From: Pseudomonadota bacterium
GTDB taxonomy: Bacteria; Bdellovibrionota_C; UBA2361; OMII01
NCBI GenBank assembly: GCA_038134595.1
Contig: JAYPVM010000003.1
Location: forward strand, 74,131 to 138,130
DNA: 64,000 nt
Reading direction: 5' to 3'
Shown here: one piece after another, positions 57,743-64,000 of the stretch
How positions within the stretch are numbered: the stretch's first letter is position 1
Layout: every line of letters starts with the position of its first letter
Translations under genes and position numbers: made by a program
The notes under the pieces: model-generated
Seen by the model: only the letters and a program-made list of their open reading frames with translations
Told to the model about the DNA's origin: nothing
Databases searched by the model: none

Positions 57743-58468
57743 GTGGAGAGATTTAGTATGAGACTACTTGTCGCTATGAGTGTTGCTTTTTTAATGAGCG
57801 GATGCTCGGTTTATGATATGGGAAAACGGGTTTCGAGAAATAACCGCGCCATTCGAGACCTGCGTGCTCTCCAAGCAGAGCAGACCGAAGCTATTGCATC
57901 GCTCGATGGCCAAATTAAACTTGTTCTAGGCCGCATGGAGGAGCTGGAATTCTCACATGCAAAAAAAATGGGTACTGATTTATCGACGTTAAAAGAGGAC
58001 TTAACAGCTCTCAGAAAACGCTTGCCGCCGCCAAAGCTTGTCCCTCTTGCGGAGTTAGAGGCGGACCAGGGATGGGCTATTACCAATCTTCCTGAAGAGC
58101 AGGGGCAGATATTTTTGGATGCGCTGGGATTTCTGAATGAGGGTAAATTTTCAGAGGCATTTCCTCTTCTTGAGACCGTTCGTAATCAGTTGGATTCCTC
58201 AGATAAAAATGGACCTGTATTATACTGGTTGGGAGTAGCAAGTGATGGTTTGTCGGACAAGAAATCTGCCTTATTGGCATACTCACAGTGCTCTGAAAAG
58301 TATCCAAAAAACCATCGGGCTCCTGGATCCTTGCTACGTCAAGCCGAGGTGTTCGTTAGACTCCAAGATAGAAAGACCGCAGAACTAAGTCTAAAAAAGC
58401 TTGTTAAAGATTATCCTAAGGCAAGTGAGGCTCGAGTAGCTCGGGAACGACTAAAACAATTACGCTAG
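57743..58468 (+). CDS. cpoB: Cell division coordinator CpoB (YbgF)
   Basis: Lipobox MSGC, coiled coil, TPR domain (YWLG, KYP...APGSLL) and position after pal. Confidence 0.85.
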   Translation: MERFSMRLLVAMSVAFLMSGCSVYDMGKRVSRNNRAIRDLRALQAEQTEAIASLDGQIKLVLGRMEELEFSHAKKMGTDLSTLKEDLTALRKRLPPPKLVPLAELEADQGWAITNLPEEQGQIFLDALGFLNEGKFSEAFPLLETVRNQLDSSDKNGPVLYWLGVASDGLSDKKSALLAYSQCSEKYPKNHRAPGSLLRQAEVFVRLQDRKTAELSLKKLVKDYPKASEARVARERLKQLR

Positions 58469-58530
58469 TTGAGAGACATGGGTGGGTATTATTAACAATG
58501 GTGTTTGATCCTACCTTGTAAAGCTTTAGC

Positions 58531-59469
58531 ATGAATAGAATCCCGCGAGCATCTATACTTCGGTTCCCCCAGCCTCTTCCACAGGACTGTCGAGGGGGAG
58601 TTGCAACGCTTGGGAATTTCGACGGCGTCCATATCGGCCATGCACGAGTAGTCGATAAGGTGCTAGCAATTGCACAGAAAAGGCCTGCTACAGTAGTTTC
58701 GTTCTATCCCCATCCAATGAACGTCCTAAGGGGTGGGTCAACTATTCGGTACGTTACAAGCATTAGAGAAAAAGCGGAGTTGCTGGGAGGTCTTGGAATC
58801 TCTACTGTGTATTTTGTCCATTTCACCAACAAGCTAGCGCAGCTCACCGCTGATGAGTTCATTAAAGAAGTTTTCGTCGACGCTCTAGGAATTCAAGACC
58901 TTGTGGTCGGTGAGGATGTCGCAATAGGGCATGAGAAAAAAGGAAATCTTGAATATCTCATCACAAGACTACCTGCTTTCGGTATACGATTGCATGTTGT
59001 AGAGAGATTAGATATCGGAGGTCAGAAGGCCGGCTCTCGTCGCATTCGAGAGCTAGTTGAGGAAGGCTCGGTAGAGGATGTGATACCTTTGTTGCAACAT
59101 CCGTTTACAATTTCTGCTCGGGTTGGTCACGGGGATAAGCGTGGCTCGCAGCTAGGATTTCCTACGGCCAACATTGCGGTCGGGAATCGGTTAATTCCTC
59201 CGCGAGGCGTCTATGCGTGTCGAGTCGAGGTGGAGGGATGCTATTACGATGCTGTTGCTAATATTGGGATACGTCCGACCTTTAGCGGAACTGAAGAGCG
59301 ATTGGAGGTTCACATACTTGATTTTCCACGGAGGAGTCTTTACGGACGTCGCATCCATGTCGGCTTTGTAAGCCGTCTTAGGGATGAAAAAGAGTTTCAT
59401 GGTATTGACCTCTTGGTTCAACAGATACACACCGATATTCAGGATGCACGTGCGCGCTTAAAGCAATGA
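58531..59469 (+). CDS. ribF: Bifunctional riboflavin kinase/FAD synthetase
   Basis: GNFDGVHIGH, F.PHP, GDKRG..LGFPTAN, NIGIRPTF and EVHILDF. Confidence 0.96.
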   Translation: MNRIPRASILRFPQPLPQDCRGGVATLGNFDGVHIGHARVVDKVLAIAQKRPATVVSFYPHPMNVLRGGSTIRYVTSIREKAELLGGLGISTVYFVHFTNKLAQLTADEFIKEVFVDALGIQDLVVGEDVAIGHEKKGNLEYLITRLPAFGIRLHVVERLDIGGQKAGSRRIRELVEEGSVEDVIPLLQHPFTISARVGHGDKRGSQLGFPTANIAVGNRLIPPRGVYACRVEVEGCYYDAVANIGIRPTFSGTEERLEVHILDFPRRSLYGRRIHVGFVSRLRDEKEFHGIDLLVQQIHTDIQDARARLKQ

Positions 59470-60437
59470 ACGATAACAAAAGAACATTTGAATATCAGGG
59501 CGAAGAGAAGCGGATAGATAGAGTGCTTGCGGACGAGCTAGGAGAAAGTGTAGGAAGTCGAACCCAAATAGCCCGATGGATAAGTAATCGACTGGTGTCC
59601 GTGGATGGGAATCTCGTGTTAAAGCCCTCGCAGAAAATCAGTGAGGGCGCGATCGTAGTAATTGCAATGCCTAAGCCATCTCCGACGGAAATGGTTCCAT
59701 ATGAATACTCCCTGTCGGTTCTATATGAAGATGAGGACGTCCTTGTTTTGGATAAGCCATCGGGGCTCTCTATGCATCCAGGAGCTGGGAATCACTCGCA
59801 AACTCTTGCAAACGCTGTGGTAGCCCACGTTGGCTTAAGTCAATTGTCGGTGGGACAAATCGACCGACCAGGGATTGTTCATCGGTTGGACAAAGACACG
59901 ACCGGTGTGGTTGTTGTCGCAAAATCGAATATTGTCCATGCGCATCTTGCGCGGCAGTTTGCAGAGCGCTCAATAGATCGGCGATACAAGGCCTTAGTGT
60001 ATACTACGCCGAGGGCCAAACGAATTGTGCAAATGAATGATTCAGGCGAGGTTGTTGGGGCTATCGGTCGCCATCCGGTGCGAAGAAAACATATGGCGAT
60101 TGTGGCCAAAGGCAAGCCAGCGGTGACTCGATGGTGTGTTCAAGAGCGCTATCACTACGGCTGTTTATTGGAGTGTCGATTAGAGACAGGACGAACACAT
60201 CAAATCCGAGTGCATATGGAATCTATTCGATGCCCAGTAATTGGAGACAGGATGTATGGTGATTTTAGTAATCTTCCCGTGCCGCTTAAGGAAGTTGCGG
60301 ATCGCTTCGGTCGCCAAGCATTGCATGCGGCATCTCTGTCTTTTACACATCCTATCTCCAAGGAGCGTTTGAGTTTTGAATCTGCCTTGCCAACTGATTT
60401 TGCGGACATGCTCTGTGTATTTCGAGAGTATCTCTAG
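59466..60437 (+). CDS. rluD: 23S rRNA pseudouridine synthase RluD (RluA family)
   Basis: S4 domain, RPGIVHRLDKDTTG, LETGRTHQIRVH and RQALHA; next to pgeF. Confidence 0.9.
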   Translation: MNDNKRTFEYQGEEKRIDRVLADELGESVGSRTQIARWISNRLVSVDGNLVLKPSQKISEGAIVVIAMPKPSPTEMVPYEYSLSVLYEDEDVLVLDKPSGLSMHPGAGNHSQTLANAVVAHVGLSQLSVGQIDRPGIVHRLDKDTTGVVVVAKSNIVHAHLARQFAERSIDRRYKALVYTTPRAKRIVQMNDSGEVVGAIGRHPVRRKHMAIVAKGKPAVTRWCVQERYHYGCLLECRLETGRTHQIRVHMESIRCPVIGDRMYGDFSNLPVPLKEVADRFGRQALHAASLSFTHPISKERLSFESALPTDFADMLCVFREYL

Positions 60438-60465
60438 CTGTATGTTTTGAAAGGAGAAGAGCGCT

Positions 60466-61191
60466 GTGAGTGAGAAGTTCTGTGTAATAGTGCAGAATTC
60501 GGTTTCTCTCTTGGTTTATCGGCCATGGTGGAGCGAAGGTGTTGTTCACGGTATGACTCTGCGGCCGCTATCATTCGCCTCGGAGTCGCGAGTAAGCTCT
60601 GCGCGGCAATTGTCGATCGCTTTTTCGGTAAATGAAATTCTCATTCCGCAACAATCTCATTCTTCGGAATTAATTGATCTTAGAGAAGAGCGTCCGGAGA
60701 TATTTGGAACTCTGATGGAGAGTAGGCAGGCAGACGCTGTTGTTATTAAACGCCGGGAACTTTGCTCGAAAGCGTTCGGGATTATTACAGCTGACTGCGT
60801 TCCACTTATTGTCCGGAGTGGGAGTTCTTTTGCGCTTATTCACGCGGGCTGGCGAGGTTTAGCAAACGGCATTATTGCGAAAGTACTAGATTCTATCCCT
60901 GCTCCTGACGAGGTTGTGATATTTCCATCGGCGGGCAGCAGCGGCGCGTATGAGGTGGGAAGAGAAGTAATAGAGGCGATAGGTGACAGTGCAGTTTGTC
61001 GAAAGCAGAGAGCCGGCGAAGAAAAATATTGGCTTGACACTGCGAGTTCGGCAGCCAGGCAGGTGAAATCTGTTTGCTCTACAGTCCCCATTTCAGAGGC
61101 GAGCATGTGCACTATAGAGGACACGCGCTTTCATTCATTTCGACGTGACGGCTCAGAAGCAGGAAGGAATTTGACTTTCATGAAGCTATAA
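60466..61191 (+). CDS. pgeF: PgeF/YfiH family (polyphenol oxidase-like/nucleoside phosphorylase)
   Basis: Q.HS, TADCVP, HAGWRG, YEVG and CT.....F.SFRR. Confidence 0.88.
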   Translation: MSEKFCVIVQNSVSLLVYRPWWSEGVVHGMTLRPLSFASESRVSSARQLSIAFSVNEILIPQQSHSSELIDLREERPEIFGTLMESRQADAVVIKRRELCSKAFGIITADCVPLIVRSGSSFALIHAGWRGLANGIIAKVLDSIPAPDEVVIFPSAGSSGAYEVGREVIEAIGDSAVCRKQRAGEEKYWLDTASSAARQVKSVCSTVPISEASMCTIEDTRFHSFRRDGSEAGRNLTFMKL

Positions 61192-61366
61192 TTTCGACAG
61201 GTAGGTGGCATGCGTTTTCCTATGGGGATATTGAGGTGCCGGAAATTGTCGAGGTGCCTTGGGTCTGGCTCTATAAAACATTCCGAGGGTTGTAATTATG
61301 TGGTATCATTCTCGTGCGAACTACGATAGTTACGGATGTAATACGCTATAGGAATAGGGAGATTGT

Positions 61367-61603
61367 GTGGAAAAAGCAGATCGAGAGATGATAGAGCGTT
61401 TATTAGAGGGTAATTTTGAATTAAGAAAGCTTTATCAAGAGCATCAAGAACTAGAGGATAAATTAAAATCATTTGGCCACAAGCATTTTCTTACTGTAAA
61501 AGAGCAACAAGAAGAGCTCGCATTAAAGCAGCGTAAGCTTCGTGGTGTTGAGAAAATGCTTGTACTGGCAAAAGAGCAAGCTGATCCGAAGCAGGGAGCG
61601 TAG
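61367..61603 (+). CDS. DUF465/YdcH family small protein
   Basis: L.KLYQEHQELEDKL...LT..EQ.E...LKQRKL; GGGAG RBS. Confidence 0.8.
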   Translation: MEKADREMIERLLEGNFELRKLYQEHQELEDKLKSFGHKHFLTVKEQQEELALKQRKLRGVEKMLVLAKEQADPKQGA

Positions 61604-61725
61604 CTTTTGGAGTGAGAGCGGGCCATCGAAAAAATGATTTATTAGCTGCGTATGCGTTGCTTGGGGAAAAGAGAAAGGGAAATGGAGCCTCTCGATACTC
61701 CATTTCATTCGGACTTAAGCCGTAT

Positions 61726-62040
61726 CTATGCCGCTCGACGTCGAGTTCTTATTCTCTTCTTAGCGTTCAAGATAGCATAGCGCGTTTTTGTGGGATCGAA
61801 TCCAAAATAGCGACAAATGGAGGTAAATGAGAGTACGTATTCCTCATCATCGTCCATCAGATATTCAAGGGCCTCTTCTCGAAGTTGACCGCCAGACTGA
61901 ATATCCTCAATGGCGCGCAAGATCATAGCTCTCATTAGCTCACTTACCGCTGTGTATCCTTTTCCCTCGAGATACGCAGAATCCATTACGGGTAATTTAT
62001 TTGAACTGCTCACACCAGACTCCGTGAAATCAAATGACAC
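61726..62040 (-). CDS. Hypothetical protein
   Basis: GGAGG RBS; LMRAMILRAIED...EEALEYL......SFTSIC..FG.DP pattern with a basic tail. Confidence 0.75.
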   Translation of the reverse strand: MSFDFTESGVSSSNKLPVMDSAYLEGKGYTAVSELMRAMILRAIEDIQSGGQLREEALEYLMDDDEEYVLSFTSICRYFGFDPTKTRYAILNAKKRIRTRRRAA

Positions 62041-62271
62041 GTTTTCCTCCTATGGAACCAACTCTACGATCCCGAGCATTGACAGAGACTGACGATGTCA
62101 GTTTTGTCTATTCGAGGCATTTACCGGTTCCAAAAAACCTGTGAGCCAACCAATAATTAACCTGCTGCAAAACCACTCGGTACTGCAGCGAGAATAGAAG
62201 TGATATGGAGAGTTTTAATGAAATAGCGACTTAAGTAGGGCGTCGTATCGTAATAGGCTGAAAATACTTTA

Positions 62272-63312
62272 TTAACTGACGCGATCGAGGGCAAATTCTA
62301 CAACATTATAGAGGGCATCCGAGTATGCCGATTGACTACAACCCTGAAGCTTTAGTGATTTCTCAAGGCAGTCAACAGCCTTGGAGCTGTATGTTTTCGC
62401 CTGCGATATTGCCTCTTCGAGAATGTTTGTATTTTTAATTTCTTCTAATGAGGCACGTACAAACTTGAGTTCAGTGTCCGAATCTTGTGGAGGCTCAAGC
62501 AACTTCTGCGAAAGAGCGGAGCCACGTGCAAGCCAGAGTATATTAACCAAAGAAGGTTTCCGTTCCAAAATATCGATGCCTGGCTGTTTTCCAAGGGTTT
62601 GCTCATCTGATTTGACGTCAAGAATGTCGTCGATTATCTGAAAGGCAACGCCAAGAGCTTGTCCAAAATTAGCCGCTAGGTTTACAGCCTCTTTGTTTAC
62701 TTTGGTTAAATGGGCCGCACAGAATGCGCCTAATCGAAATAACGAGGCGGTTTTTCTATTCGCAATAACAAGGCTCGATTCTATCGTGTGAGTTTGAGAA
62801 TGCAGGGGAGTTTCGAGAGCCTCGCCCTCTACGAGTTCTATGCATGCCTGTTCTGTTGCCGCGATTACAGTGTCATCTAGCTTAGCGCACAGTCCGAAAG
62901 CTCTTGTAAGAAGAAAATCTCCTGAGAGCAGGGTAAGAGGGAGGCCAAACTTGGCGTAGGGTGATTGTCGATGTCGTCTGATTGGAGATTGATCTATGAT
63001 ATCATCGTGCATGAGGGTTGCCATATGAATTAATTCAATTCCAGCCGCGATGCGCGTTATATCATCAGAAATTCTGTCTGCGCCGTAAGCCTTGGCACAA
63101 AGAAGGGTCAGAAGAGGTCGGATGCGTTTACCCCCTAGCGAAAGCAGGTAATTGGGTATCTCAAACATAGGAGATACATCGGATGAAAAGCAGTCGCGAA
63201 TGTTAGATTCGACGATTGAAATTTCCGGTACAAGTAGAAGTGAGGCGGCAAATTGCTCCTGGATAGAAGTTGTATTGGGCTTGAGAGATTCTTTATCGGT
63301 CTGGTCTGTCAT
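62272..63312 (-). CDS. Polyprenyl diphosphate synthase (IspB-like)
   Basis: GGKRIRP, ELIHMATLMHDDIID, KTA.LF and AFQIIDDILD. Confidence 0.93.
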   Translation of the reverse strand: MTDQTDKESLKPNTTSIQEQFAASLLLVPEISIVESNIRDCFSSDVSPMFEIPNYLLSLGGKRIRPLLTLLCAKAYGADRISDDITRIAAGIELIHMATLMHDDIIDQSPIRRHRQSPYAKFGLPLTLLSGDFLLTRAFGLCAKLDDTVIAATEQACIELVEGEALETPLHSQTHTIESSLVIANRKTASLFRLGAFCAAHLTKVNKEAVNLAANFGQALGVAFQIIDDILDVKSDEQTLGKQPGIDILERKPSLVNILWLARGSALSQKLLEPPQDSDTELKFVRASLEEIKNTNILEEAISQAKTYSSKAVDCLEKSLKLQGCSQSAYSDALYNVVEFALDRVS

Positions 63313-63881
63313 GGTAAATTACGCCCAATACTTTTGCCGCACATGTGAGATAGTCGCGAATGTGTAAGATAGTATAGCCCCGATTTCGAGAGTGTATCAC
63401 GCTAATACTAACGCTAAAATAGGGATCCTTTCAGTTTAAACACGCAAAAGAATAAGTCTTTATGCTAATTAATCCACAGAATCAGTCCTTAGATTGATAA
63501 ATAGGGTATAGATTGTTGTAGAAATAAAATCAACGAGGAGCATTTTTTGCTCCGTAATCTGTTTCGTAACTATAATCTCTGGGGCTTAACAGTAGTCTGG
63601 TCGCTATTGTGCTAATGTTGGCGGCACGCGTAAGCCCAGCCAATGAGCTTTCAGTCGACTCTTCCCTTGTTGTTTTTTTGTGGGGAGTAATGCTCGTAAC
63701 GAGGAGCAAAACACGAGGCACCAAATAGATAATTCTGCTATTGGTAACCCGAATTATCTTCGCACAGTATTTTGGGGCTTTTATTATAAACTTTGAGAAG
63801 CGCCGCAGAATAAGCGGGGGGGCATCGGAAGGAAATTGACCGTGGTAACAACGGCCACCGCTTAGGGTACTGCTTGACATA

Positions 63882-63956
63882 TGTCCCCAACGGGATTCGA
63901 ACCCGTGTCTTTACCGTGAAAGGGTAACGTCCTAGGCCAGGCTAGACGATAGGGAC
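63882..63956 (-). tRNA. tRNA-Glu (anticodon TTC), CCA not encoded
   Basis: Reverse complement GTCCCTATCGTCTAGCCTGGCCTAGGACGTTACCCTTTCACGGTAAAGACACGGGTTCGAATCCCGTTGGGGACA folds as a cloverleaf with stem TTACC/GGTAA and T-loop TTCGAAT. Confidence 0.97.
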
Positions 63957-64000
63957 TCACAGACTGAGCGTAGGGTACAGTACTTATTTAACAAAGTACA

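Noticed and set aside
63530..63880. 116 aa ORF after tRNA-Glu, or an island integrated at the tRNA
   Set aside because: No motif or RBS, it starts at the tRNA 3' end, and I found no duplicated tRNA 3' fragment or integrase in the window.
1..64000. CRISPR array, rRNA, tmRNA, RNase P, SRP RNA, transposases, and long antisense ORFs (e.g. 1194..1733, 11909..12490, 29251..29847, 42751..43284)
   Set aside because: No regularly spaced repeats or diagnostic RNA/transposase motifs were seen by eye; the antisense ORFs are shadows of well-supported genes.

Overview
A 64 kb chromosomal window from a Gram-negative bacterium, mostly housekeeping genes. The likely lineage is 'deltaproteobacterial'/Bdellovibrionota-like; this is inference from the long HflX, the DUF1844 plus PhnP-like pair, futalosine hydrolase and zinc-type S4/L36. 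It carries the 5' part of mltA, an M12-type metalloprotease, aroD and aroB, mqnB, coaE, hflX, an ECF sigma factor, tsaD-rsmA, a TPP riboswitch with a TonB-dependent receptor, and a pnuC-like gene. It also has an rpmJ-rpsM-rpsK-rpsD-rpoA-rplQ operon detached from secY, then fabI, lptE, rpsT, dcd, ispH, gap-tpiA, a complete tolQRAB-pal-cpoB cluster, ribF-rluD-pgeF, a polyprenyl synthetase and tRNA-Glu(TTC). mltA and rpmJ are missing from the supplied ORF track. I saw no CRISPR array, transposase or integrase. The best leads: (1) an orphan CxxCH membrane-protein gene between aroD and aroB, bracketed by nested inverted repeats with XerD-arm-like (dif-like) sequence; (2) two adjacent full-length apparent pseudoenzymes, a DNA-methyltransferase-like and a CbiA-like protein, both lacking catalytic motifs; (3) a diheme cytochrome c whose expected Met ligands appear replaced by His and Cys; (4) several unassigned multi-stem leaders, including a motif shared upstream of aroD and aroB. 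All assignments come from reading motifs by eye; no searches or folding programs were run.
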